This document shows positions 26,440-40,823 of a stretch of DNA of 64,000 bases, one piece after another. The translations under genes and the position numbers were made by a program. The notes beneath the pieces are model-generated. The model was not told the DNA's origin and searched no databases. It saw nothing but the letters and a program-made list of their open reading frames with translations. The DNA comes from Octopus sinensis (taxonomy: Eukaryota). Within the stretch, counting starts at the first letter, position 1. Every line of letters begins with the position of its first letter. The stretch lies in NCBI RefSeq assembly GCF_006345805.1, contig NC_043001.1, forward strand, positions 130,510,001-130,574,000, read 5' to 3'.

Positions 26440-27227
26440 TATTATACATGTATGTGATATATAAATGTCATTATCTCTCAATATGTATACATATGTATAT
26501 ATACATATATACTGTATATATGCATGTATGTATATATATATTCACATATACCTGTATATATCTGTGTATGTCTGTATATATATATATACACACACACACA
26601 CACAAATATTTATACATCTATACATACACATACACATGTACATAAATGTATCTCTCAGTGTGTCTGTGTGTGAATATATCTATTGTTATTTTTAAAAGGA
26701 TTTCAATGAAAACTCACTTGAAAACAATAAACCATTGAACAATGCATAAATAGTAGGTATTTTTTATTATATTTCTTTTTAAAGTATCTTTGTTTTCTTA
26801 TTTTTTTTCTGTTTGAATATTACATTATTTCATTATATATATATATTTATATGTGTGTGTGTGTGTGTGTGTGTATTTAATTGTTTCTAATTTTCTGTAG
26901 AAACTTTTTAAAGAAAAAATTCACAAAATAGGAAAAAAAAAAAAAAAAAAAAAAGATTGCCACATTATTTATTATAATATAATTATCAGCAATCACCATT
27001 TCAGTTGCTTGACTTAATTGATTTAATAAGCTGTTTGTGTGTGTTGTTTGTTTGCATGTTTTTGTGTATTTGGTTTTTTTTTTTTATGAGCTTAATTTCT
27101 TTAGGAAATATTTCAAATGAATTTCTTGTTTTTATGTATGTATCTATATAAATGGTAATTAAATGCACCAAAACTATAAAATAAATGTGTGTGTATATGG
27201 GTGTATATACATACTTTTATATATACA

Positions 27228-27263
<36 letters not shown>

Positions 27264-27442
27264 GTTCGTGCAGATTCCCTTTGTTTAATTACTTTGATTT
27301 TCTCTTGAATATTTTTTGCACCATCATCTACAGTTAGTTTAAAAGGTGTGTGTGTTTGTGTGTGTGTGCGCATATTCATATATATACATAAAGCGAGATA
27401 TTGTTATACTTATATATTACATACATGTGTACATAGAAACAT

Positions 27443-27477
<35 letters not shown>

Positions 27478-27478
<1 letters not shown>

Positions 27479-27550
27479 GAAAGAAGTTTGAAAATGCAAC
27501 TTAAAAGATGTTTAAACATCTTTTAAATTGCATTTTCAAACCTTCTTTCG
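27478..27550. repeat. 73-bp spacerless near-perfect palindrome flanked by TA (possible TIR-only MITE)
   Basis: cgaaagaagtttgaaaatgcaacttaaaagatgttt|aaacatcttttaaattgcattttcaaaccttctttcg; 1 mismatch and 1 indel. Confidence 0.85.
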
Positions 27551-27594
27551 TATATAATTCCACTCGTGCAGTACCCCACAACTCCACTTTGTAT

Positions 27595-27635
<41 letters not shown>

Positions 27636-28915
27636 CAGGGGTTGAACAAAATAATGGAAATACCTTCAATTTTTTTCAAACAAATTTATTTTAATATTGG
27701 ATTGGACTGTCTTAGGCAGTAATTACAGTTTTAATTCTATGAGGTATGGTCTCATGCAAAGTTTGAATTGTTTTCAAAGAATGTTTTGTCCATTCGTCAG
27801 CTAAAACAGTCTCCAGTTCTTGTAGTGGTGATGGTGGAGGATATCGACTCCTTACTTGTTTTTCTAAAATGCACCACAAATGTTCAATAATATTAAGATC
27901 TGGGGACTGTGGTGGCCAGATACGATGTTCAACTTCACTAGAAAGTTCCTCATGCCATTCAGTAACAACTTTAGCTGTGTGAATTGGTGCATTATCATCC
28001 TGAATGATTGCATTGCCCTCTGGAAAAAGTTCTGCAACCATAGGAGGAATTTGATCTGATAAAATGCTTAAAACGTCTTGACTATTAATTCTGCCATGAA
28101 GGGAAACCATTTGGCTGGTGGATTTCCAAGATACAGCCCCCCCCCCCCGATCATCACAGATCCTCCTCCATGTTTAACAGTTGGAAGAAGGCAGTCTGTG
28201 TCAAATGCTTTTTTTGGCTATCTCCACATGTATATTCGCCCGTGGTCAGAAATAAGGTAAGGGATGACTTTTCCAAGAAAATAACATTCTTTCACTGCTC
28301 TAAGGACCAATTCTGTAGACTTTTACTCTACTCTAAATGCTTTACAATGCTTGTTTTCGTAAGTAGTGGTTTTCTGATTGCAGCCCTCCCATGAAATCTG
28401 GCTTTGTGCAACTCCCGGTGAACAGTTTTTGTGGAAACTGGATTCTCGTGGTGGTCATTAAACTTTGCAGTAGTTTTGGGAGCTGTATTTTCGTGATCCT
28501 TTCTAACAATTCATGTAAGAGTCTGACAGTCCCTATCTGAAGGTTTTGGTTTTCTTCTGGAGTTTTGCTTCGACGAGGAGGTTTTTCCCTCTTTCTCAAA
28601 GGCTGACATTACTTTCAAGACAATACTTCTTGATAGACCAAACATTTCAGCTGTTTTCATTATGCTAGCACCTGCCATACAAGCACCAACAATTTGACCT
28701 CTTTGAAAGTCCGATAGATCTGTCATTTTAATGAATTTTAATTACCTTTTTCTGATGGTATCTGAGAAGAAACAGCAACTTTAGCAAAACATACTAAGCA
28801 ACACTTATAATAAATCAAAAGAAATAAACATAAACAAGCTTTTGATGGTTTTATAGATATTTCAAAATTATGATGTTATGATGCTAGGTGTTTCCATTAT
28901 TTTGTCCAACCCCTG
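27636..28915 (-). mobile_element. Full-length Tc1-family DNA transposon with disrupted DD34E transposase
   Basis: TIRs caggggttgaacaaaataatggaaa / tttccattattttgtccaacccctg with TA on both sides; minus-strand pieces MTDLSDFQRGQIVG (HTH), TVKHGGGSVM, QDDNAPIH...WPPQSPDLNIIEHLW. Confidence 0.95.
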
Positions 28916-28958
<43 letters not shown>

Positions 28959-29010
28959 TTTATAGGTATATATGTATATACGTGTGCAAACACACAGGCA
29001 CAGACATATA

Positions 29011-29042
<32 letters not shown>

Positions 29043-29975
29043 GTTGAAATTTACAGAAAAACAAGAGACGAAGACTGGTGTATAAGCAATAAACATGTAT
29101 ATTAGTTTAACACTTGAAATGGTGAGAACGTCTTTTAAGTTTCAAGCCTACGTTCTTCAACAGAGAGGAACACGGGGAAACAAACAGAGAGAGGATTAAA
29201 AAACTTTTGGAGCCAGTGGTCAATCATATATATATATATATATGTACATATATGTGTATGTATATACATACATTTATATATTTTAGACAACTTAATCATT
29301 TGTCTAGTAAATCAACAATTTAAAACAAACTCTTATGTACCTACCTATCTATCTATATACATATATGTGTGTGTGTATGTATGCATACACACACGCACAA
29401 AATTGTAATTACAAAAATTTTGCCCCCCCAGTTGTTGGTAAGTAGTAAAAGTGTGCTGAAGGCATGACATATTACCAAATGGTTTCTGCTCTCCACGTAT
29501 GTTGCTCCATGGTATTTGAGAATAACTATCATATCTCAAGATAAGCTAACCATGCAGATTGAGCTGCATTATATATTAATAGGAAATGCAGAATATGCAA
29601 TTAGTTTTTTAGCTTGTTGGTCAACCGATTGGCTTTTTTCAATATAATAGTACTATCAGCGTGTATATATAGATATTATAATATATATATATATAAATGT
29701 ATATATAATTATATAACTATATATTAATAATATATATAATATATTATATATATACATATATATATATATAACATATATATACATATAATTATATTATATA
29801 TATACATACATATATATATAATATATATACACATATATATATACATATATATATATATACATATATATTATATATACATATATATATATATACATATATA
29901 TATATACATATATATATATATAATAATATATATTATATATATTTATAATATAATATATATATACACATATATATT

Positions 29976-30116
29976 AGGAAGGGCATCCAGCTGTAGAAAC
30001 ATTGCCAGATTAGACTGGAGCCTGGTGCAGCCTTCTGGCTTCCCAGAACCCCGGTTGAACCGTCCAACCCATGCTAGCATGGAGAACGGACGTTAAACGA
30101 TGATGATGATGATGAT
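29976..30116 (+). mobile_element. SINE-like family D, 3' part
   Basis: ttaggaagggcatccagctgtag...ggacgttaaacgatgatg. Confidence 0.8.
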
Positions 30117-30125
30117 ATATATATA

Positions 30126-30362
30126 CAGGGTGGCCCAAAAGTAGGTTTACAGTTATCACGTAAGTACTTTAAATTTCCTTTAAAACATTTTATTATATTT
30201 AATTGTCTATCTTACAAATTGAAAAGGGCACTTGACAAAATTAGCTAAAATAGCATAGAATAATGGTTTCATATTTTTTTTCATAATTAAGATCTAAACA
30301 GTTAATATAGGAATGCAAAAGAGATAGTTGAATAATTGTAAACCTACTTTTGGGCCACTCAT
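30126..30362. mobile_element. Tc1/mariner-type MITE
   Basis: TIRs cagggtggcccaaaagtaggtttaca / tgtaaacctacttttgggccactc; TA flanks. Confidence 0.85.
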
Positions 30363-32019
30363 TATATATATCTATATATATATATATGTATGTGTATATA
30401 TATGTATATATCTATTTCTTTACTACCCATCACCGCTTGACAACTGGAGTTGACCTTTTTACGTCCCTGTAACTTAATGATTCTGCAAAAGAGACCAACA
30501 AAATAAGAACTAGTCCTTCAAAAAAGTCATGAGAGTCGATTTATTTGACTAAGATCCTTCAAGGTGGTGCTTCAGCATGGCCACAGTCAAATGACTGAAA
30601 CAGGTAAAAGAACACACACATCTCATTGTTCTTTTCCTGTTATCTTATTTCTCAGTATTTAAAATTAATTATATATATATATTCTGTAGGAAACTATTCT
30701 CAGGTTAAATATGTTAAGATTATTATTGAGGAAGCTTGATTTGTTATTTTTCTTGTTCTGCAGTCTTGAGTTTAATTGCACTCTCTACATACAGGCTTGT
30801 CCTTTCAGGCGCTAGTGCCACATAAAATGCATCCAGGTTAGTGTTGCATAAATGCATCCATGCCAGAGCCAGAGGTACATGAAAAGCACCCAGTGTACTC
30901 TGTTCAGTGGTTGGTGTTAGGAATGGCATCCAGCCATAGAAACCTTGCCCCAGCAGACAATTGGAATCGGGACAGCTCTCCAGCTGGCCAGCTCCATGTC
31001 AAGCCATATAACCCATGGCAGCAACAGGCGTTAAATGATGATGATGATGATGATGATGATGATGTGTATACATAAACACACACGCACACACACAAATCAC
31101 GTAAATACATATATACAGATGGAGCAAGAGATGTGTATATATCAATTCCTTGTCTATGACTGTACACCTGCAGAAAGACAGACAAGCAGACAGATAGATC
31201 CATTCACCCACACACCCACTCACCCACCTATCCATCCATCCATCCATCCATACATACATACACACATACATATATACATACATACATCCATACATCCATC
31301 CATACATCCATACATACCTACATACATACATACATACATACATACATACATACATACATACATACATCTTACAAAATTTTCCTCATAAAACTGTGAATTC
31401 TTTCCATATTAATCCTCTTACTTACCAGACTTAAATCTATAAGGAGCATAAAATCTTACTTTAATTTCTTTTATTTCTGCAGATATATGTAAACAGAATA
31501 TAAATTGTCTCTGTAACAATCATTTTCTTCTATTTTTCTCACTGTTCTCCTTGATTCTGAAATATTCCACTTAAAATTTTATTTTTGCAGGAAAAAAAAA
31601 GAATTACTAAAAATTGCTCTATGTGTATGTATACATCAGTATGTACATATGGTTGTATATATGTATGTATGTATGTAAGTATACAAGTGTGTTTATATGT
31701 TGTATGTATTTGAACTTTTCTCCTCAAAATAGCAAAGATTTAATTCTTCTATGGTATCATTTAATTCTTGTAACTAATCGGTAAAAATAATATGAGAAAA
31801 TAACATTTAACTGTCTAGTACCATGGACAGACATTTGACTTATACATACACACATATATATATGTATGCATGCATATATGTATGTATGTATGTATTATGT
31901 ATGTATGTATATATGTATTATGTATGTATGTACGCTTGTATGTATGTATGTATGTATGTATTATGTATGTATATATGTATTATGTATGTATGTATGTATG
32001 TATGTATGTATGTATGCTT

Positions 32020-32275
32020 GGCGGCGAGCTGGCAGAAACGTTAGCGTGCTGGACGAAATGCTTAGCGGTATTTTGTCTGTCGTTACGTTCTGAGTTCAAA
32101 TTCCGCCGGGGTCGACTTTGCCTTTCATCCTCTCGGGGTCGACTTTGCCTTTCATCCTCTCGGGGTCGATAAATAAAGTACCAGTTTCGCACTGGGTCGA
32201 TATAATCAACTTAATCCCTTTGTCTGTCCTTGTTTGTCCCTTCTATGTTTAGCCCCTTGTGGGCAATAAAGAAAT
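32020..32275 (+). mobile_element. SINE family A with a 27-bp internal tandem duplication
   Basis: ggcggcgagctggcagaaacgttagc...ctgagttcaaattcc; ggggtcgactttgcctttcatcctctc occurs twice (32108-32161). Confidence 0.85.
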
Positions 32276-32689
32276 ATATATGTATTATGTATGTATGTAT
32301 GTATGCTTGTATGTATGTATGTATGTATGTATGTATGTATGTATGTATATATGTATTATGCATGTATGCTTGTATGTATGTATGTATGTATGCTTGTATG
32401 TATGTATGTATGTGTAAGCTGATAGAATGGTTAGCATGTTGGACAACGTACTTAGTGGCATTTTTTGTGGCTTTATATTCTGAATTCAAATTCCATCAAG
32501 ATCAACTTAGCCATTTATCTTTTTGGGGTCGATGAAATAAGTAGCAGTTAAGCACCGGAGTTGATGCTATTGGCTTGTCCCCTCTACCTAAAACTTCAGG
32601 CCTTGTGCCTATAGTAGAAAGGATTATCTCTGTTATTATTATCATTGTTACTATTATTATTATTAGTGGAGAAGGCTAGCCACTGGATT

Positions 32690-33480
32690 TGGTTAAAAAG
32701 AGACGATGAGCGATGGCTAGAAGTATATTGAGTTCTTCATAACCAGCTGATCTAGCAAGCGGGGCCTCATATCAGTGAGGGGGGGCCGGTGCACATTGAT
32801 GCCGTCGAAAGGTAGGCCCCGAAACGGTGCGCATTCTCTCCTGATGACCCCATACACTTGCTAGCTTCCGATATACGGAGCTTTTAACTGGTAGCACTTG
32901 CATGTGCAAGTTGTTTGCAAGACATGAGTGAAAGAGCAGTGCATACCATCTGAAGGACACTAGGGTAAAATATATGAAGCCCAGTATACCCATCATGATT
33001 ACCCGTCTGATCAGGGTACACCAGGCACATGCATCACAACCATATGTACTCGACATGGTGATCTTATATCAAGATAAGCAGTGCATGACCTTGCGGGTGG
33101 GGCCCAGTTAGAATTTTCTTCAGGTCAAGCAGCCCATCCTGCTCAAACAGTCCTTGCATAAGGGTTGTTTAAGGATTTTTAACGAAACATCCATCTTTCC
33201 AGAGGTGAATTATTCAAACACCAAAGAATTCCTCTCAACACATGGCCAAGATGCTCCCCCACTACTTCTGCTCGTGATCAGAGATGCACATATCGTCAGC
33301 CACTAAGTGACATTCTCAACTGGTTAAGGTCAAACAACTGACAAGCAAATCTGTGCTCATGAGCAGCATATTTGCTGTAGCCCATCTTTTATACTAAGAC
33401 AAAACTATGTACATGATAACACTTCCAATCAGTTAAGATCAGAGGCCATGAGAGCCACTGTCTGGTACTGCGTTAGGGCA
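32690..33480. repeat. GC-richer interspersed repeat segment, family not assigned
   Basis: Composition differs from the flanks and it sits between (TAT)n tracts; no coding motif recognised. Single copy here. Confidence 0.4.
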
Positions 33481-33499
33481 TCTATTATTAATATTATTA

Positions 33500-33549
<50 letters not shown>

Positions 33550-33556
33550 ATAACCA

Positions 33557-33593
<37 letters not shown>

Positions 33594-33594
33594 T

Positions 33595-34140
33595 TCGTCT
33601 GTCTTAATGTTCTGAATTCAAATTCTGCTGAGGTTGACTTTGCCTTTCGTCCTTTTAGGATTGATGAAAAAAGTACCAGTCGAGCACTGGAGTTGATGTA
33701 ATCAACTTACCCCTGACCCCAAATTTCAGGCCTTGTGCTTATAGTAGAAAGGTTTATTATTATTATTAAGGCAATGAGCTAGCAAAAATGTTGGTTTGCT
33801 GGGTGAAATACTTAGTGCCTTCATGTTCTGAGTTCAAATTCCACTGGGGTCGACTTTACTTTTCATCCTGCCAGGGTTAATAAAATAAATACCAGTTGAG
33901 TATGGGTGTCAATGTAATTGGCCAGTTCCACCCCACCCACCTGAAATTACTGACTTTGTGTCAAAATCTGAAATCATTATCGTTATTATTCTGAGTTCAA
34001 ATTCTGTCATGGTTGACTCTGCCTTTCATTCTTTCAGGGTCGATGAAATAAGTACCAGTCAAATACTGGGATCGATGTAATCGACTTGCCCCCCCCCCCA
34101 CAAATTTTAGGCCTTGTGTCTATCGTAGAAAGGATTCTCA
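33595..34140 (+). mobile_element. Cluster of three diverged SINE family A 3' portions
   Basis: ctgagttcaaatt...gactttgcctttcatcc...agtaccag recurs three times, separated by (TAT)n. Confidence 0.75.
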
Positions 34141-35774
34141 TTATTATTATAATTATCACCATCTATAATACATTAAAAGTGAGCTTGAATCTTGCTTGCT
34201 TACTTGCTTGCAATGTTACCCAGCTAAACATAATGGGGAAAATTCTATGAATTAAGTGTCCCCTGAAATGTGAATACGAATGGAATAAAACAAGTTTCGT
34301 GTAAATCGGACAACTGCTTATTGAGATATTAGGGGTTTTTGGAGTATAAATACCCAAAAGGGTACATAATAGTAAAATTCTCTGAAAATAACTTAACCCC
34401 AAAAGGGAAGAAACTCTTACCTTTCAATTAGACACAATGACTTGACAATGAAAAGATATTTGTTTTTTACAGTATATGGTTCTATTTTTGCTTTTGTTAA
34501 ACACAATAGTTTAATCATTGAGAAATATTTTTAAGTAAATGTAAGTTGTTTGAACAGTAAGTATTTATATTTTAGGTTTCATTAAACAGACAATATTTTA
34601 ATGTTTTTTAAATTGTTTTCAAGTGAATACCATTACAAAAATTATTTTTGACATATTTAAAAAATGTTCTGAAGTGATAATGACTTTAAAAATACAGTAA
34701 CTATTTCTTAATAGACCTGTTCGTAACCTTGGTGTGAAATTATTTTTCTCCGTAGGTTTTTTTGAGTGCATTCAATGTATTTCACCTCAAAAGATTTGAC
34801 TACTATTTTTAGCGTGCTCTGCTACCTCGTAACAGCTATTTGTGATAAAGGACCCGAAATACCTGTTACATGGTAGCAGGGCGTGCAAGAAATAGCAGCC
34901 AAATCTTTCCTTTTCTGGGGAAAGGAGCCGTTTACACATGATTTCAATGTTACATTCATTGAAAACAAGTGAAATAACCTAGAAAAGAAAAAAATCCACG
35001 AAACAAAATTCCATGGCTAAAAAACTCAGACTTTCCCGGTGATCTAACGGATCATGGGTAGTCTAGTTATTATTATTATTCATGTGTCATGCAAGGCAGA
35101 ATTGTTAGTATGTTGGACAAAATGTTTAGCAGCATTTCTTCTGACTCATCACATTCTGAGTTCAAATTCCACCAGGCTCACCTTTGCTATTCATCCTTTC
35201 AGGGTCAATAAGAATAAGTACCAATGGCTATTGGGTCTGATTTAATTGACTAATTTCCTCCTCAAAATTTCCGTCCATGTGCCTATAGTAAGGATATTTT
35301 GTCTGTCCCTGTGTTCTACATTCAAATTCTACTACAGTCAACTTTGCCTTCCATCCTTTCGAGATCGTTAAAATAAGTACCAGTTGAGCACTGGAGTAGT
35401 TATAATTGAGTAATCCCCTCCCCAAAAATTTCAAGCCCTGAATCTAAAGGAGAAAGGATTATCAATATTGTTGTTGTTATTACTAAAGGGGTGAGCTGGC
35501 AGGCACATTGTGGGATGAAAACGTACCTTGAGGTAATTCAAATTCAGCTAAGTACTACTGCTTTCCTTTGCTGCTCATTCCTGTAGGAAATTACCTCCTG
35601 TTTTATGTGTTAATTAGGAACAAATTAAGTCAAGAATTACCTATATACATCAGATTTTTAAAAAATAACCATAGTAGTTGCAGGCTTATGAATCATATGC
35701 ATGATAGTGAGATGTGACAGATCAATAGAAGCCAGAGAGAAATGAAGTTGAACATAATATATAATATAAGGATT

Positions 35775-36005
35775 ATGGCAACATTGACCAACTTAAACAA
35801 AGAGACCATCCAGAAGAGTTGCAGGAAATTCCGAAGTCTTCTGGAGGCCATAGTTGAAGCCAATTGCGATTTTATTGAATAAACTTACTCTTTAGTATAT
35901 CAAGATATTTTTATGTAATTTCAGTAAATATACCTGTTAAAATGAGATGTAAGTGTTATTTTCATTTTTGTGTAATTTAGTCAACAATGTGTTCACTGCA
36001 CCCTG
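35775..36005 (+). mobile_element. Probable 3' end of a Tc1/mariner-superfamily element
   Basis: NLNKETIQKSCRKFRSLLEAIVEAN-like C-terminus, then a terminus gcaccctg followed by TA. Confidence 0.45.
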
Positions 36006-36590
36006 TATATTCATATATATACATATGTATGTATACTTATTTACCTATGTATATCTATATACATATATACATTATATACATAGCAGAAATAAGGTGAGAG
36101 TTCAGACAAGCATTGAAAGTAACAATCAGAGTATACAGGAGACATGACTACCTTGGTATGGAGGAGACATATGATGGAGAATGAACAATGTGAGCGAGGA
36201 GAGAAAAAAGGTGATATCAACTGTCAGTAGAGGCTTCTTATCTGGAGAGATAGGGTGAGGTTTAGACTCAGGATTCTGGGTCTTGCAAATGAGATGATGT
36301 AAAGTAATATGCTAGCATGGAAAAATGAATGTTGAAACAATGATGATGATAAGGAGGAGGAAGAAGAGGTGAAGAAAGACAAGAGGGATATTGGTCGGTG
36401 TCATTCTCCTCCTCATCATAATCATTAAGGTTCTGCTTCATTCCTGGAGCCTTAAACTATTAACGAGTTTAAATAGTTTAGAAGTGAAATTAATTAGTTT
36501 GCTATACGGAAGAGGAAAGATTTCATGTTTTGAAGAGGACTTTCCCCCATGAATCACATTGGTAAAATTACAAGACATAAGACAAAAATA

Positions 36591-36812
36591 CCTTTCGTTA
36601 CCAACCCGGCTAAAACTGGCTCTGGTTCTTTACTATAAATATCTCGTTTTCATAAGTTTTGAATTAAAATCTTCCACCAAACCTTAGTCACAATTTATGT
36701 TTCTAACAATAGCTGAATGATAACTAAGTTATTTTACTAAATTCTTTGTTATATTTAAAATTAATTGAAAGAAACACAGAGCATCTAAAAAAAATACAGT
36801 AATGAAAGGGTT
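36591..36812. mobile_element. MITE inserted in the left arm of the inverted repeat
   Basis: Termini cctttcgttac / gtaatgaaaggg; absent from the right arm. Confidence 0.7.
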
Positions 36813-37029
36813 AATGATTAAGGTAGCAAACTGCGTGAGTTGTTGGAGCATTCGATAGAGTAGTAGGAGCACTCCGTCGGTTACGACGATGAGGGTCCCA
36901 GCTGATACGATCAACGGAACAGCTTGCTCGTGGAATTAACATGCAAGTGGCTGAGCACTCCACAGACACGTGTACCTTTAACATAGTTCTCGAGGAGATT
37001 CAGCGTGACATAGAGTGTGACAAGGCTAG

Positions 37030-37243
37030 CCCTTTGAAATACAGGTACAACAGAAACAGGAAGAAAGAGTGAGAGAAAGTTGTGGTGAAAGAGTACAGCA
37101 GGGTTCGCCACCACCCCCTGCAGGAGCCTCGTGAAGCTTTAGGTGTTTTCGCTCAATAAACACTCACAATGCCCGGTCTGGGAATCGAAACCGCGATCCT
37201 ACGACCGCGAGTCCGCTGCCCTAACCACTGGGCCATTGCGCCA
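37030..37243 (-). mobile_element. SINE family C (tRNA-like head)
   Basis: Reverse complement of 57119-57300 (tggcgcaatggcccagtggttagg...ggtttcgattccc). Confidence 0.85.
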
Positions 37244-38339
37244 TTGGATAGAAATCGTTACAGTATTCGTTCCTGTTCTCTGTGCAGCTGAAAGAAGAAT
37301 CAGCTCCAGTATATGATTGGCACTTTATATTTATCAACTCACAAAAGATGGAAAAACAAAGTTGCTGATGGTAGGATTTCAACTCAGAACACAGAGAACA
37401 GGAACAAATGCTGTAACCATTTCTATCCAATGCTCCAACAGCTCTCGCCATTTGCTACCTTAATCATTAAGGTATCTTTGTCTCATGTCTTGTAATTTTA
37501 CCAATGTGATGCATGGGGGAAAGTCCTCTTCAAAACATGAAATCTTTCCTCTACCTTATAGCAAACTAATTAATTTCACTTCTAAACTATTTAAACTTGT
37601 TAATAACTGACACAAACTAATTACAACTATTTCCTTGTATCCCACTGTTTACACTACAATCTTTAATTTATAAAGTGAACAGGTGACCAATTAAGAACTC
37701 AGCGAAAGTATTATAACATGGCAAATTTATTTCTATATAATTTGCCATTCAGGTCTCTAAATAAGGAAATAACAGAAATCAATATATTTATTTCTAAATT
37801 TCTAAATTCTATTGCTTTGATGACTCAAGAAACCCAACAAAACATTATATTACTGGTACTTATTTCATGATCTTCAAGCTATTGACCTTAGCTAAATTAC
37901 CTGGTTTGATACATAAGACCCCAATGCAGTCACTCACCATACTTAAAAAAGACAGATAAATCTGCCTCACATTATTTTCCATCTGAGAAAGTCAAGGATG
38001 TATTAAATAACATAGCTCTTGATATAAAATATCCAAATAAAAGATAAGGACTCTCACAACTTTGAAGGCTTCAGATCATAAGTGACCCATTCAATCAGAG
38101 TTGAACTGGGACTAAAAAATTACAACACAAGTAATTTCTCCAACAGAAAATCAAATGAAATCCAAAATGGTGGTGTTGTTGTTGGTGTTGCTGTTGCTGC
38201 TGTTGCTGTTGAGCAAACAGTCTTCGTCCCAGAGCTCGCAAGATGGGAGAAGTCCGAAACGTGGTCCTTTGCTATTCATAAGACCCGCAGAAGAGAAAGC
38301 AAGTCAACCCCCGACACCGAGAGCATCGACGGATGGATG

Positions 38340-38577
38340 AATGTGCATCCAGGCTCAGCCGTTGCGTAGGAAGTCGGGGACAAGAAACAGGAAGAAAGAG
38401 TGAGAGAAATTTGGGGTGAAAGAGTACAACAGGGATCGCCACCACCCCCTGCTGGAGCCTCGTAGAGCTTCAGGTGTTTTTGCTTAGTAAGCACACACAA
38501 TGCCCGGTCTGGGAATCGAAACCGCGATCCTCCGACTGTGAGTCCTCTGTCCTAATCACTGGGCCATTGTGCCTCCA
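38340..38577 (-). mobile_element. SINE family C
   Basis: Reverse-complement match to 57119-57300. Confidence 0.8.
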
Positions 38578-38765
38578 CTGTTGTTGGTGTTGTTGGTGTT
38601 GGCAGTTGTGGTGTTGCTGGGGATGAATCAGCCAAATTGTTAGAATATTGAACTGCTTTGTAACATTTTTCTCAGCTCTTTATGTTCTGAGTTCAAAATT
38701 CACTGCAGATAACTTTTGTCTCTCTGGAGTTGATAAAATGAAGTAGAAGTCAAGCTCTAATTTAG

Positions 38766-38997
38766 GGCGGCAAGCTGGCAGAAACGTTAGCACGCCGGGC
38801 GAAATGCTTAGCAGTATTTCGTCTGCCGCTACGTTCTGAGTTCAAATTCCGCCATGGTCGACTTTGCCTTTCATCCTTTCGGGGGTCGATAAATTAAGTA
38901 CCAGTTACGCACTGGGGTCGATATAATCGAATTAATCCGTTTGTCTGTCCTTGTTTGTCCTCTCTGTGTTTAGCCCCTTGTGGGTAGTAAAGAAATA
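38766..38997 (+). mobile_element. SINE family A, full length
   Basis: ggcggcaagctggcagaaacgttagcacgccgggcg...gtcgactttgcctttcatcctttcgg...agccccttgtgggtagtaaagaaat. Confidence 0.85.
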
Positions 38998-39535
38998 AGT
39001 AGTCAAGCTCTAAGGCTGATGTTATCAATTCACTCACCTCTTTGAAACTTCATGCTTCTTATCCATATTAGAAACAATTATTATTATCATTGTTGTTATA
39101 ATCATTATCAATCACCAGTCTTTTTATTGTGACACCATCATTAGGTGGATTGCTAACCAAGGCCCAAAGAGTCCCAACCTAGCCTCATACGCACTTTTTT
39201 AGGTTCCAGCTTCATTTGTATCATTGTGTAATACATTTGTATTTGACATTTTCACTCATGGGAATTCTTGCTGATGAGATGACACAACCATCAGTCTTTT
39301 TATTGAGACACCATCTCTAGAAGGGTTGCCAACCAAGGCTAAAAGGACAACCAAATGCCAACCTGGTATTTCGAGATCTTGGGGTGGGCTTACAGGTACT
39401 GGTACTACACCTTGACAACGGTGACCTGAAGGCAGCTATCATTATCCTCCTCCTCCTCATTATTATTATTATTATTATTATAAGTGAGAGGCTTATAAAT
39501 TCCACCCCCCACTTTTTTTTTTTTTAGCTACTTTA

Positions 39536-39825
39536 AAGCACCATCCGATCGTGGCCGTTGCCAGCCTCGACTGGCCTCCGTACCAGGGGCACGTAAAAGG
39601 CACCATCCAATTGTGACCGTTGCCAGCCTCACCTGGCACCTGTGTTGGTGGCATGTAAAAAGCACCCACTACACTCACGGAGTGGTTGGTGTTAGGAAGG
39701 GCATCCAGCTGTAGAATTACTGCCAGATCAGACTGGAGCCTGGTGCAGCCTCCTGGCTTCCCAGACCCCGGTTGAACTGTCCAACCCATGTTAGCAAGGA
39801 AAACGGACGTTAAACGATGATGATT
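39536..39825 (+). mobile_element. SINE-like family D
   Basis: Match to 12252-12532 and 16173-16510. Confidence 0.8.
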
Positions 39826-40402
39826 ATTATTATTATTATTACTATCACTTAAAAAGCAAATTGAAAAATCTATTGTATTATTACACAGGTTTGTAATTCC
39901 AGGAATTTGATATTGAATTTATGGTTCCCATGTTCATTATTTTATTAAACCTAGTAAAAATAGATGCTAAACCTATTAACCATAAATCCAGCACTCCTTG
40001 CACACAAACAAACATATTTTTCCTTGTGACTGCAACCAATTGGACAACGGCTGTCTTTCTCACGATTTTCTTCCAATAAAGTTAGAATCTTAACATTAGG
40101 AATTAATGTAATTTTTGGTAAAAATACAAATAATTTCCCTTTAGTATCTTTGTGAAATTTAATAACGGAAAAATTATGAAATTATCATTATTTTTTATTT
40201 CTTTAATTACGATTCTGGGCGTGATTTTTTTTCTATTTTTTTTTTCTTAAAGTTGTATGTGTATCTGTGTGTTGTGTGTGAAAGGAGGTATTCATCTTGT
40301 GTAGCCTTGCTTTAATTTCATTTTTTTTTTCTGGTCAGGAGAAACAGGGGAATGAAAAGTGATGAAAGATGAAAGAAAGGATGAGAGACAGATAATAATG
40401 TA

Positions 40403-40449
<47 letters not shown>

Positions 40450-40782
40450 TATGGAGTGAGAGAAAGAAGGGAGAGATTTTCATCACTTTTTAACGTCAAG
40501 TTTCACAGATTGATATTTCACTCTCATTGAAGAACCACAGTAACCTCTTCAAGGAAATTATGAATGCAAAATGCATTTTCTAAATAAAATTTAAATGATA
40601 TTGACAAAAATTAAAATTCTAGGATTAATTTAAAATAATAATAAGAATAATACTAATAACCATCATCATCATCATCATCATCATTATTATTATATATGAA
40701 TAGCAGATCTCTTTGCAATGAAAATGGGTGTCAAAATGATAGTGGTTGTAGGAGATGACAGCACCGAGAATGATGGGGATGC

Positions 40783-40823
<41 letters not shown>

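Larger units (their letters stand above)
36458..37605. repeat. Long inverted repeat (arms about 225 bp) whose left arm is interrupted by a MITE and SINEs
   Basis: 36458-36590 matches rc 37470-37605; 36812-36858 matches rc 37425-37470; 37242-37283 matches rc 37390-37432. Confidence 0.85.

Noticed and set aside
29125-29168. Minus-strand TTGAAGA...GAAAC minimal hammerhead
   Set aside because: C3 is changed and helices II and III cannot be closed in this copy.
32780-32860. GAAAC and CTGATGA close together as a hammerhead
   Set aside because: The flanks do not pair (cccc opposite cccc) in any permutation I could build.
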